From Fonticula alba ATCC 38817 (lineage: Eukaryota > Protista > Nucleariida): a DNA stretch of 44,556 nt. Positions 1 through 12,284 of this stretch are shown here, in pieces; the stretch's first letter is position 1; the number at the start of each line of letters is the position of its first letter. Location: NCBI GenBank assembly GCA_000388065.2, contig KB932205.1. One strand, 5' to 3'. Under the pieces are notes generated by a model. It was not told where the DNA came from. It worked only from the letters and a program-made list of their open reading frames with translations, and searched no databases. A program made the translations under genes and the position numbers.

Positions 1-618
1 AAAAAAAAAAAAAGAAGGGGCCGTGGGACCGTGTCGTGTGCCGGGGCGCGGTGTACACAGGGCTGGAGGGGGGAGCCTGCCGGTCTCGATCGCCCTGTGC
101 AAACCTGCGGCCGGGCGTGTGTGGGCGGCATCTCAGCCCGAGTGACTGCTCCACGACCGGATCCCTGGTTGTCTCCGGAAAAGGGAGTTTTTTTTATTCG
201 GCGGCCTATTTGTGGTTCTCCGCGCCTGGGGCGGCATTTCCGCGCTCCCGCGCACCCACCAGGCCGACCGGCCCCCTGCGTACCGGCGACGGATGCATGC
301 CCATGCCGGAGAGAAGGAGCCCCTGGGGCCGCGGATCTTCCCCCCCGCTGCGGGCGCTTTCTTGCCGCCCCCTGCCCTGCACACGACCCGGGGCGCTCAA
401 CGCGACCAAGCCCCCCCCCCTCGCCCCTCCTCCGGCCCCGCCCCTGTGCCTCTTTTCGGGGACCTCCCTGTGGACCCGCGCAATCCGGGCATCGCGGCCA
501 TGTGCCCCCCTCTGCCTGCTTGAAAGCTCGCCCCCCCCCCCTCCCCCAAACTCATTCATTCGCTCCCCGCCCTGCCTTTTGTTTCGCCCCGCCTCCGCGC
601 TTTGCCCCCCTTCCGATC

Positions 619-1614
619 ATGGCCACCCCTGCGTTCCCCTCCTTCTGGTGGTCCGCCTCTCTGGTGGTCGAGCTTGGCTGCAGCGTGGCCGCATATGCCC
701 TGATCGCGCCGGCCCTGTACACGCAGTCGCGTTTCCAGACGGCCTCCGGGCCGCACCACCCTTCCACGGACCCCTTCGCTCCGGTGGGCAGCCTGCGCCA
801 TGTGCTGGACACACATCTGAGCGACTCGCACCGGGCCGGCCTGGTGGCCGTGGCCTGGCCGCTGTTGACCCTGCTCCTGGCCACGACCGTGCTGCAATTG
901 ACGCCGGTGGTGCTGGCCTTCGGCCGGGCCTTCACCGTGCGCGTGCTGCCGACCCTGCTCGGGAAGGACGCCTCGCATCACAATCGCCGGGCCACCCGTC
1001 AACAGGTGGCCAAGCCCGCCTCGCCGGCCATCGACAAGGGCATCACCAGCCACGCCTCCCTGTCGGCCATGTCTCTCGGGCTGGCCGTGATCAAGGTACG
1101 CCCTGGAGCACACGCATCCGCCCACCGGCCTTTGCTACCACATGACTGCTCTCCTCCCGCGGCGCTTGTGTGTGTGTGTGTGTGTGTGTGTGTGTCTGTA
1201 TACGTGTCTCGTGGGCCTGCTTGTGGCGGCCTGGCTCATGTCGACCCAGCCCCTGTCTCTCGCCCCCGCGCCCCCGCGCCTTTTACCACCATCCACTCAC
1301 CCGAGCCCGCATGCGTCCTTGCCCGCGCGTCGTAGATGCTCCTCGGCCTGCTGGCCATCATTCTCATCGACAAGGCCCTGGGCCAATTGTCGCTGGCCCA
1401 CCGGCCGGCCATCTTCCAAGCCTTCAACAGCGCCCTCTTCACCGTGCCGGTCCCGGACGACATCATGTCCGAGGCCAATGCCCTGGAGAATATGATGCAG
1501 CGGCTGTCGACATCCATTTACATCATCGGGGGCGGGGTCATCGCGGCTGGCGGTTTCTTCCAGGCCCTCTTCTCGGTCTTCCACCTGGGCCGGGCCTCTG
1601 CTGCCCCGCGGTGA
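619..1614 (+). CDS. Orphan predicted 4-TM membrane protein, 251 aa; exons 619-1095 and 1336-1614
   Basis: ATG at 619 opens MATPAFPSFWW... Phase-0 intron GTACGC(1096)...CGTAG(1335) contains a (TG)n tract and joins ...LGLAVIK to MLLGLLAIILID. Four hydrophobic stretches. No family recognised. Confidence 0.65.
1167..1195 (+). repeat. (TG)n microsatellite in intron 1 of the first gene
   Basis: Direct reading. Confidence 0.95.
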
Positions 1615-3599
1615 GGAGGGATCCAATGCGCATGTCCGCGATGCGCGCGCCGCGACCCGCTCTTCCCTCCATCCCCCCCTCTTCACACAAGATCGCCCGC
1701 CAGCGCGGTGCGGCCTTTCGTGGCCCTCGCGCTGTGTCGGCCCAGGAGGGCGGGCTGGTCCCCCCTCCTTGTGCTTTGTCCTTCCTTTTTGCACGTTCTC
1801 CTTCGGCGCCACTTGCCTCTCTCTCTCTCTCTTGCCCCTCCCCCTCTGGGACGTGCTCCTTTCCTGCTTGGTGGCCGACCTCGGCAGAGCCTGCGCTTTT
1901 AGTTTTCCCAAGCGCATGCTTCCCCCTTCGTCCGGCCCCTTTGTGTGCATGCCTGACTGGCAGCCGGGCAGCCGGGCGCTGAGTGTGGCCGGGGTTCATC
2001 TTTCTCCCTTTTTTTTTCATCCCCGGCGCATGCCACTGCCCCTCTGTCTCTCAATACACACTGTCCTTTTCCCTGGCCCCCCCCCCCCCGTCTCTCTCTC
2101 TCTCTCTCTCTCCCCCTCCATGTGTGCATGGGTAGACTCTTCCTTTGTGCTGTATGCGGATTTGTGACGGAGCGGAATGCATCCACCCCCACCCCCACCC
2201 ACACATCCACTCTTCGGACCTGGCTTTTGTTTTGTTTTGTATGGATTTTGTCCCGGCAGTGCCCGGCCGGTGGTTCGCCATCCGGGGGAGGTCAAGAGGG
2301 GCATGTGGGGGGTTGGGCAGACCCGCCCGCGACGCCGACAAGCACAACAGGCCCATGTAGGCGGCACAGCCGTCTGTGCCCCTCCCGGCCCCCCCCCCCC
2401 CCCCCGGGGCCGCGACCCACGCTCGCTCACCCCGCACTCATCGCGCCCTCGAGGAGCCGTGTAAATGAGGGGGGAGGCCGGGCAGACGACCGCCGCGCCG
2501 CGCCCAGCGCACGCGCCGGCACACCGTAATAACGCCCACGGCGGCCGTGACGTATCCATACTGCCAACGGTTGTGCCCCCGCCCGACCGCCAATTGTCCA
2601 CGGATTTTTGGAAGTAATCATGTGCAGGTCTTACCCGGTCGCCTCCATTTTGCCCACAAGTCGTGGGTCTTCCCGGGGCCATGCAAATGTGTCCGCGGAT
2701 CGGCAATAATTTTGGCTTGTGGTCATGGGTGTGTGTGTGTGTGTGTGTGCTTGGGGCTGTGTGGTGAGGTGGTGAAGGAGGGGCCGGGGGGGGGGGGGGC
2801 CTGAGTGGCCCGAATACGAACCTCGCCCCACCGAGATGCCTTGCTCCTCCTCGCAGCGGGGGATTCCGGAAGATTGTGGGCATTTTAAAATTGAGATCGC
2901 GTATGTTTCCCGGACAAGTTGACCCCGATGCCATGGTCTCCGGAGGGGGATGGACCCCTCCCGCTGGCAGACTGCCCCGCGTCTTGTCACTCCCCTCCCC
3001 CCCTCTCTCTCCACATCGGCGTCTAGGAGGGGGACAACAGGTGATGCCAGCCCCCGGGGGCGGTGGCGCTGGTCTCCGGGATCTCCGCGTTTATTTGAAA
3101 AACATGCCATGGCGCTGACCGAGTGCTCTCAGGTCGCAAGAGTACCACCAAGCCACCATGCCCCCTGAGAATGCCCAGTGCTTCGCCCTACGCTCTCTAC
3201 CCCACTCCTCCCTCTGCCTACCTCTGTCCGGCTCCCCGTCCCACACGCGCCCGCAGCCCCAGCACATCCCCGGAGAACGGTTGCCAATCCCCGCCACGCC
3301 GGCCCGGACGCCCTCTCTCAGTGCTCGCGTCACCTCCCTCGAAGAGCAGACAACCCGCCGGCCCTGCCGGCTCCTGTGGCCACATCCGAACCTCGTCTCC
3401 CCCCTCTCTGTCTCTCTCCTCCCACATCCCTTTGTCCTCCCCCCCCCCTTGTGTCAGGTCCATATATATATATATTTAGGGCGTTTCCTGTTTGGCCACC
3501 GCCGCGGCGATCTAGCTAACCCATGCGCCATGCATGCCGCCCACTCCCAGAAGACATCACCCTCGGCACCCCCCTACGCCTCCCCCCCCCCGCGGAAGC

Positions 3600-6500
3600 A
3601 TGACTCCCCTGGAGAATCAAGCACTGCGTGGGCTGACCCCCCAAAGGGCGGCCAAGCGCCATGAGCTCAATGCCCCACCCGATCCGGGTCCCGGTCTGGT
3701 CAGCTGGGCCAATGAGGTGTCTGGGCAGGACAACGGACACCTCAAGACCTCCACACCGGACAAGCCCAAGCACGCCCTGGCCGTTGATGAGTTGGCGCTC
3801 AGCCTGGAGGAGGCGGCTCGGATAGTGGAGACCACTTCCTCCTCGGAGGCCGAGTCTTCGGCCGAGGGCCTGCCTCTCGGGTCCATGCCGCGATCGACCA
3901 AACACCCACGCGCGACCTACCCCTCCCGGGCGGAGGCGCCCCAGGGGGAGAACGGCCACGCCCCCTTGGGCCCGGTGCGCCCACTGCCAGACTCTCTGCA
4001 CATCCAAATCCCCGGAGCCGCGAAAAGCGTCGCCTCGGGGCCCGCCCCCAGGAGGGGACAAGCAGTCCCAAATGCAGGCGGCCCGGTCGAGGCCCCGACC
4101 GGGCCGGCGCCCGCGCCTACCACTCGCTCGCCATCCCCAGCAAAGGGCGGCACGGCCCGGGCTCGCGAGTCCCAGCGCGGGCGGGAATTTCTCCTACCGC
4201 CAGCTCGGATCCCGGTGGGCGCCGGTGGCCCGACCCCCGGCAGTGAGGCCGCCCATGCCACGGCCACCGGCAAGCACCACGGCGGGGAGAGCTTCTTGCA
4301 CGATGTGCGCCTGAATCCGGTGGAGAATTTCCGCCTCCGGCAGCGAATCTCCCGGTCCATGATGCACGAGCTCCGGGCCGCCTGCGCGACGCTGCAACTG
4401 CTGAAGAGCGTCTGGTCCAAGCGCGTGCTGCCCATGCTGATGACCCTGCAGCCGGAGACACCGGCCGAGCGGGAAACCGTCAGGACCTTGCGCTTCCTCT
4501 GGCTGGACGACTACATCGAGTCCATCGAGCTCATGTACCAGCGAGTGGCGCGGGTGCAGGAGAAGACCCGCGCCAACAAGGAAAACATCCGCCGCGCGCT
4601 CAAGCGCATGGAAGAGCGGATGAGGGACTCGGGCCCGGGGTCCGGGGTCGAGCCCGGGGCCGGCGGGGCCGCAGGCACGTCGCTGCCGGCCAGCGACCAG
4701 GCCATGCAGGAGAAGCACCTGACGGCCTGGAAGTTTGTCATGCCGCTCGGGACCGACGCCACGGCCCACCTGCTGCCGCTGATCCCGACGCTGGAACGGG
4801 CATACATGGAGTACTTCACGGCGCGCACCAACTTCCTGACCTACCGGTCCGAGCGCATCATCATCCCGGTCAGCAGTTCCATCATCGCGGCCGAGGCGGA
4901 GATCGCGTCCATGCTGTCGCAGGCCAGCCGGCCCTTCAATGTGGCCTTCTCCGTGGCCAATGCCGAGCGCCTGGTCGATTCGGTGGTCGAGTGCCTTGCC
5001 TTCACCACGTCCGGGTCTTTCCTCAGCCGGGTGCTGATGCTGCCCCAGTACCGGCTGGTGCGGATGCACCAGTACGCGCGGTTCCTGGTGCAATTGACCC
5101 CGGCCGTCACCTCGCCGGCGTGTGCCTGGCGCGACCGGCTCCTGCTGCTGATCACTCGGTTTGCCCCTCAGGATGAGCTCTTCCGGCAGTACCTGGTGAC
5201 GCTCGACCAGCCGACCAGCCCGTCGTCGGAGAACCTGCTCGACCGCCGGGAGCTCCAGCAAATGGCCTCGGCCTGCATGCTGGATTCGCCGACACTGGAC
5301 CGGCCGCCCAAGTCCGACGCCGGGCCCGACGCCGGCTGGCAGGGCCCGGCTGGCCAGGCCAGTGTCAGCAAGAGCTCCAGCCCCGGGGCCTCCTTCCGGA
5401 GTGTCAACAACACCAGCGCGGACACCTTCCTCGATGACGAGGATGACGACGAGGAGGAGGGCGCCCTGGCCCGGGCCGATGGCAGCCCGCTGGCGCTGAT
5501 CCCCGGAGTGGCACGGGCCGCGGCCAATGTGGCCGACTTGCGCTTCATCCGGAAGAAGCTGCGGCAATTTGACCAGGGCATCGGGCAGTTTGCCAAATCC
5601 GTGGAGGGTGCGTTGGCTCTCGCGAGCGGGCATCCGGGCGACAGCTGGCTCCGGGGAACAGGGGGGAGGGGGAGGGGGAGGAGGGGACCCTCCACGCAGC
5701 TGCCTGACTGTCCATGTTTGGGGTTTGCGGCTGCGAGGAGGGGGGAGGACAAGTCAATCTGCCGGCACCCCCCTTTGGCCGGACGCCCCTCTCACATCTG
5801 CGCGCTGACCGGCTTGCTCGCCGCTGCTCCCTGCCCTCGCCCCCNNNNNNNNNNNNNNNNNNNNNNNNNNNNNNNNNNNNNNNNNNNNNNNNNNNNNNNN
5901 NNNNNNNNNNNNNNNNNNNNNNNNNNNNNNNNNNNNNNNNNNNNNNNNNNNNNNNNNNNNNNNNNNNNNNNNNNNNNNNNNNNNNCCCCCCCCTGCGGCC
6001 AGGTGCCATCACCATGGAAAAGCGCATGGCCGTTGTGATGTGCCGGCTGGCCGTGCGCCCGGATGCCCCCCCGCCGGATGACTCGCCCATCGAAGTGTGG
6101 ACCTCTGGCCAGCCGGGGTCGACATCGGCCAGTGCGACGCCAGGCTCGAGCGCCGACTCCTCCCGGTCGAGCGCCGGGCGATCGGGCTCCCGCTCGACGC
6201 CGGCCTCCCAGAGCCGGACCCCGCCGCTGGCGCTGGCCCCGGCCGAGGAGCGCCTGCTCAACTCCGAGACCGACCTCTTCCGGTCGCCCCCCTCGCCGGT
6301 GCTGTACATCCAGGCCTCCACGCTGGAGGACGCCCTATCCGAGGATGTCCTGGAGCAGGGGGCCCTGTCGCAGGCGGCCAGCACGCTGCTGACCCAGGCC
6401 CTGCAGTACTACCTGCTGGCCAGCGAGCGCGAGCAGAAGGCCCTGCCGGCCCTGCGGCAGTTGGTCCGGCGAATTCGCCACCAATACCTGAAGCCCTGCT

Positions 6501-6720
6501 GGGATGCTTTGGAGCGGGCGAACGCCGTGTGCTCGCGGCGCGAGCGCCTCGTCGGCCGGTGTGCGGTTCTCGCCAGCGGCCTGCCCCGGCCCACGGTCCG
6601 GGATCGCTCGGCTCGGCTCTTTGGCGATGAGTCCCAAGCCGGCGGCTGGGCGACCGAGCGCCAGCCGGGCCTGGAGCGGCTGGATGCCCGGCTGGCCGGA
6701 TCGCGTGCGGCCACGACGAC

Positions 6721-6751
<31 letters not shown>

Positions 6752-9700
6752 ACGGTGGCCGCGCGGGCCACCCAGGGGGAAGTCTCGCCCCCGGGTGGGG
6801 CGCACCCGATTGCCGGCGGTCGCTTCGGCGAGGGGGCCCCCTCGCCCGGCTCGTCGCCCGGGGTGCCATCCTCCTCGCGGCCCGAAGACCCTGTCCCCAC
6901 GGGCCTGCCCCCGGCGCCGCCCATGAGCGAGTCCAGCTCCTCCACCGAGCGGTCTTCCGATGAAAACAGCCTCGAAGCCCCCGGCGCCCATGGTGGTGGC
7001 CCGGCTGCCCGGCCCAAAGGCCCGGCGGCCAGACAGGCGGGCCGGCCCCGAGATCCGGATGGTCTGCTGGAGAGCCGGCCAAAGTCCGACTCCCAGCAGG
7101 GGGAGGGGATATCATCGTGCGACGCGCAGTCGCGTCTCGAGCGGTCCGGCCTCGGCTCGCGCGGTGGTGCCCAATCAGTCACAGGTCCAGCTGGCGGCGG
7201 CGGCGGCGGCGGCGGCAACAGCAGCAGCAGCAGCCACTATCGCCCGGGGCCGCTGGCTTCCATGCAAAGGGCTCTGGAGCATGAGCAGGGACTCGGTCGG
7301 TCTCGATCATCGTTGACTTTGCACCGGAACCGCACCGGCGAGCCGGACAAGCCGGATGAGCCGCCGGTGGCCGCACGCATCCGCGGGTCCCTGGCCAAGG
7401 GCTCGCGGCTGCGGCGCCTGTCGCGGCTGTCAGCCTGGGACACGGCCCCGGAGAATGGGGGTGAGGGCCGCCATGCCGACGAGGCGGACTCGCCGAGTTC
7501 CGGGCTCGGCTCGACCGAGCCAGGCGTGGCGGCGGTCACTTGCCGGTGCGACCCGACGGCTGCCGGGTCCGGCGTGCCACGGTGCGACAATTGGACGGAA
7601 TTCCGCCGGCTGACGCAGATGATCAATGAGGACGTCCCGATCTTGGTGAAGGAGCTGATCCCGGAAATCATGCGCCCGGCTTCGCGGATCCTGATCAAGG
7701 CCATGCACGCGCACTCGGCCCGTTTGCGCACCGACTACGGGGCCATCCTCGAGACGCTGACCCACAGCCGGGGGCTCTACTACAGCGGGGTGCCCCTGGC
7801 GGATATCCTTGCCGAGGAGCATGTGGCGCCGGTGGATTTCGGCGACCCCGAGCTCGGGAGCGCCGAGCGCCTGGACCGGCGATCGCGTCAGAGCGAGATG
7901 CTCCGGCGCCGGGCGGCCAACCGCCACCGGCGCCGCCCCCAGCCCGGCCGTGCATCGGGGCCCCCCGACCGGGAGCCGCCCCCTCCCGCAGGGACCCAGC
8001 CGCCAGGGCGGCCCGGCCAGGGTGGTGACGCTTTGCCGGGTGCCGAGTCGGGGCCCAACGTCCCCGGGCCGAGCCCCGCGCCGCGCACCCTCTGGGGCCG
8101 ACAGGTGGTCCGTCGACCGGCAAACCTGTTTTCCGGGCGCGCCGACATTCACAGCGCCGGCCCGCCCACGCGCCGACGGGCCCCGGGTGACCATGCGGTG
8201 GACAGCGTGCTCGGCCGGGTGGCCAAGAGCCTCATTCCCGGGAGCTCCTCGGAGGAGCTGCTCACCTCGCAAAGTTCCTCCGAGCTCCCGGGCCCGAATT
8301 GGTATGGCGCCACCTCGGCCGAGGGCCAGTCCCCCCCGCCGGCGGGCCCGAGGGGGGCCGGCGGATCGGGCCCGGCTTCGGGCAAGCAGGCCCGGGCCCC
8401 GGCGGCCGCCTCGACCGTGGAGGCCCCCCCCGGCGACGATCGGCCCCACGGCCCGGCCTCCCTGTCGGGGGAGGCTCTGCCGCCGGGGCACCCGCCAGCC
8501 GCCGGTGCCGAGGCCAATGCCCGCCAGCGCCAAAAGAGTGCCCAGTCCAGCAGGACAGCCCGCCGGGACTCCGCCGGGCGGGAGTCCGGTCCTGCCGGAA
8601 AGGGCACCAACCGGTACCTGCCGATGTCGGCCAGCCGGTCGGACATCATGAACCCTCTGAGCCGGCCCGGGCACTTGGAGAAGCTCCAGCGCAACATGAG
8701 CTTCATCTGTGCATGCTACCTGCGGGCCAGGCGACGGGTGGTTCGGAGCCTGGGGCCGATGCTGCAGCAGCTGCGCATCGTCAGCCCGGTGGCCGTGCGG
8801 ATGCTCCTGGTAAATCAGCCCCGCCAGACCCAGGCGGCCCGGTACCAGGTCAAGTGTCGGTATGCCATGCTGGAGGCCGAGCGAGCTGGCGAGAGTGCCC
8901 AGTCCGCCCGGGCGGCCGCCATAGCCATGCGCCCGGGGGGCTTCCTCTCCTCCCATGGGGGCCGGTCCAAGTCCACCGAGCGCCGGCTGCTGGATGACCA
9001 GGCAGGCATCCGCCAGCCGGGGGGGAACGCCGGCGCCGCCGGTGTCGCTGCCGCCCCCAAAGACAGCGACAGCCCTCCGCCGAGGGGGCCGACCATGGCA
9101 GCTGCCCCAGCCGACCAGCCGACCCTGGCGGAGGATTCCGGCACGGTCACCGGCCCGGCCACGGACACGCCGGCCCAGCCCAGCGAAGCTCCAGCCGAGG
9201 CTGGGACCTTCGCCCCGCCGGTGGCTGTGGGAGTGAGCGGGCCGCCGATACCCACCGAGGACGCTGGCCCGGCGATTGCCCCCCCGGCCAGCCCGGCGTC
9301 CCTGATGGAGGCACTCCCCGAGCTGAAGAAGGGTGGCACCGAGCCGGCGGGCGCGGCCATGTCGCCGGCACCGGCACCGGCGCCGGCCGGCGGCGACAAC
9401 ATGCCGACCCCTGCCTCGTCAGATGTCTCGCCACGACGCAGTCCCAGTTCCATGACCTCCCTCGACATGGTGAAGCATGTGGAGTCTCTGACCAATGACA
9501 GTGCGTCCCAGGGGGCGGGGGAACCAAGGCTGCGCCTGAGTGGTGCATACACACACACCCTCTTTCTCGCTCGCTCTCCCCCCCCCTCTCTCTCTCTCTA
9601 TCTCTTTCTCAGCACCTCTGCCTGTGTCCATGTCGAACTCCCACATCCTCGTCGCTCTTTCTTTCGCGCAAGCCGAGTGTTGTATGATGGTGGGGGGGGG

Positions 9701-11308
9701 GGGGGGGGGGATGCACATCCCGACGCCGGGTTCCCACACTTCTCGACCCGTGGCCGGTCCCATCGTGCACGCCCACCACACGCTCTAACAGCACCACACG
9801 CCACCGAACCCGAAGCCATCCTCCCCGCGGATGATGTGCTCTTCCGTCCGGTCGAGGGCAAGCTTCGCCTTTCCGAATCCAACCGGAGCAGTCAATTGTG
9901 TAACGAGTGCGAATTCTCCCGGAGCGCCGATATGTTCATGGAGATACCGGAGCAGGCACACACCGCGGGCCCGGCCGACGGGGAGGCGCGCCACCGGTCG
10001 GCCGGGTCCAGCCCCTCGCATGTGTTCCCGAAGACCGGGAACATGGTGCGACCGGCCTCGGCATGCCAGCACGATCGCGCCCTGGCCCCGGTGTCCATGG
10101 GCCCCGGCGTACCCCCCTCGACCCCGGTGGGCATGAAGCACGGTGCTCCCCCCCGTGAGGAGGTCCCGACCGAGGTGATCTTCTCGCCCCTGCAGCCCAC
10201 CCTGGATCCCTTCCACGAGAGGGACGACGATCGAGCAAGTCTGCTGTCGAAGCGACGGCGCCGGGCCCTCCTCCTGCGGTCACAGAGCTGGCCCTCGCTA
10301 CTGACCCAGGCAGCCAAGCGGCAGATGGACACGGCTCCCGGGGGGCTTGTCGGGGTCGCTGGCTGGCTGCAGTGTCGGTCGGAGCCCTGGCGTGCCACCT
10401 CCAGCCACGGTGCCACCCCGCCTGGGGTGTCACCCCCGGGGGCCACTCCACCCCCCCCCTCGGCCGATGCAGGGCAGACGCCCCTCACCCGGCACATGGA
10501 TGGCCGCCTGGGGCCTGTGCCTCTGGGCACGCGTCCGGCCGGGCCCTTCCTGGTTCTTGGTTCCGCGGACAGTATCACCCAGAGACCCATCATCAAGGTG
10601 CGGGTGAACGCCCCGGACCTGGCGAGGGCCGAGAGCATGGCAGCGCCCGAGTCCACGGGCGGTGCCTGGTGGCAGGGCGCCATCGCCACCGGGCTCGAGC
10701 GCGAGTGGTCCGGCCCGCATGCCGTCGCTGACGCCCTGCCCGGCGGCCAGCCGGGCCCCTCCCTCCCCCGGGCGGAGGGGGCATCCTCCGGGGACTTCTT
10801 GCTCTCCTGCCAGGAGGTCGCCGCGGCCCTGGTGTCGCGCGCAGTCATGGTCGCCTCCAAGAGCATCGCTCGGGGGATCTGGACCCGCGAGCCGAGTCCC
10901 AACCCGGTGGGCGGCTGCTTCTCCACGGTGTGCAAGCAACGCGCCCAATGCCACCCCAGCAGTATGTCCAGCCGCCAGCCCTCGTTCACGGACAAGCCGG
11001 CGTTCGCGGCCGGCGGCGCCGGCTTGCTTCAGGACTTCCGCGTTCTTCATGGGCATGGCGCCGGCCTCGGAAAGGAGCCGGCCCTCCATGCGGCCCCGGG
11101 CGCCGGGCTACTGCCCGCCGCGCCGGCGGTCGCGTCCTTTGCCCAGCTGGTCAGCGACCTCGGATCCCCCATGCCACGCCTGTCGGCCGTGCTGGTGACC
11201 TACCCGCCGCCTGAGGGCGGGCTTCCCGAAGGGCGAGTCGGCCCCGGGCGGGGGGGAGTAGCCGATGGGGGGCCGGTGGCAGCCGATGATGAAGCGGGCC
11301 TCGCATGA
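3600..11308 (+). CDS. Very large (~2,354 aa) low-complexity-rich protein with possible degenerate DH/RhoGEF-like helical segments; exons 3600-5607, 6003-9542, 9792-11308
   Basis: Two long ORFs join through phase-1 intron GTGCGT(5608)...AG(6002), which spans an N gap and reads SVE-G-AITMEK. A probable second intron runs GTGCAT(9543)...CTAACAG(9791). Exon sum is 7065 nt (3n). The start codon is uncertain. The DH resemblance is by eye only (SFLSRVLMLPQYRLVRMHQYARFLVQLTP). Confidence 0.6.
5845..5985. other. Assembly gap inside intron 1 of the giant gene
   Basis: N run flanked by C tracts. Confidence 1.
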
Positions 11309-12284
11309 TGGGGTTCTCTCTCCCTCGCCCCCCTTCTTTTCTCTTGTTCTCTCTCTCTCTCTCTCTCCCTCTCCTTGGCGGCTTTCTCGGTTCCCTGATT
11401 TGAGGCATGTGGACCTGTGCCTGCAGCGCGCGCGCGCGCGCGCGGGGGGGCGGAGTGGGCAGAGAATAGACCATTGCCGCTCTGCGCGCCCACCACGGCC
11501 GAAGAGGCAACCGAATTAAGCATCTTAATTGCCCACGAGCGATTCTAAACCCCGGTCCTGGGGGGGCGATCCCACGCGCGTGACGGACCGTCCCTGAGGG
11601 GATTTTCACCAAGCCACGCACCATTTTCGCCGCATCGCCCCGCTCCAGAACCCGCAGGCTGGAGGGGACATACTAATTGGGTGGATCGGTGTGGGGTGGC
11701 TTCTTCGACGGCGCGTGCACTCCGGAGTGGGACCGTGTGTCGGGGTGTGCGGACGCTCGGGCCGGGACGGCACCCGCCCATGACGAGGGGGGGGGGGGCG
11801 GGGAGGGCGCCGCGCCAGCCCGGGTCTCGGCGAGTACGTCGGGTGTCCTCCCCCCTCCCAGGGTGCTGACATGTCTCTTGGCCCTGGGTTTCTCGCGGGA
11901 TTCGCGGGGATCTGGGTCCGGACACGCCCATGTGTGCATTCCGCCAGGGTGCGCAAGGGTCCCCGAGGTGCTTGGCTTGGTGTGAGCCATTTTTCGTGGC
12001 CCATCTTCCCGGCCCAGCCACCGGACTGCGCTCCTAACCGACGGAGTTTCCCTCACCCCGGGTAAATGCTCTCTCTTCTCTCTCTCTCTCTCCCCTCCTC
12101 CTTCTTGTTTCCCCTCTTCTTCTCTCTCCCCACTACGTTCACCTCCGTCAAGCTCCCTCCCTCACGCACTCACCTCCCCCTCCCCCTTGCCCTCCCGCCC
12201 CTCTCTCTTTCGCCCCTTGGGATCACCAGACTGCCTTGTGCCCTTCTCCGCACCGCGCTGCCCGCCCTCCCCTCCCTCTACACC

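Noticed and set aside
1611-1616. GTGAGG overlapping the first gene's stop as a possible donor
   Set aside because: It has +4A, unlike all other donors inferred here, and no downstream in-phase exon was found.
2540-2720. Sm-site-like GATTTTTGG and AATTTTGG plus a U4-like GCCGTGACG
   Set aside because: The spacing does not fit U4, and no U1, U2, U5 or U6 signature loops were found.
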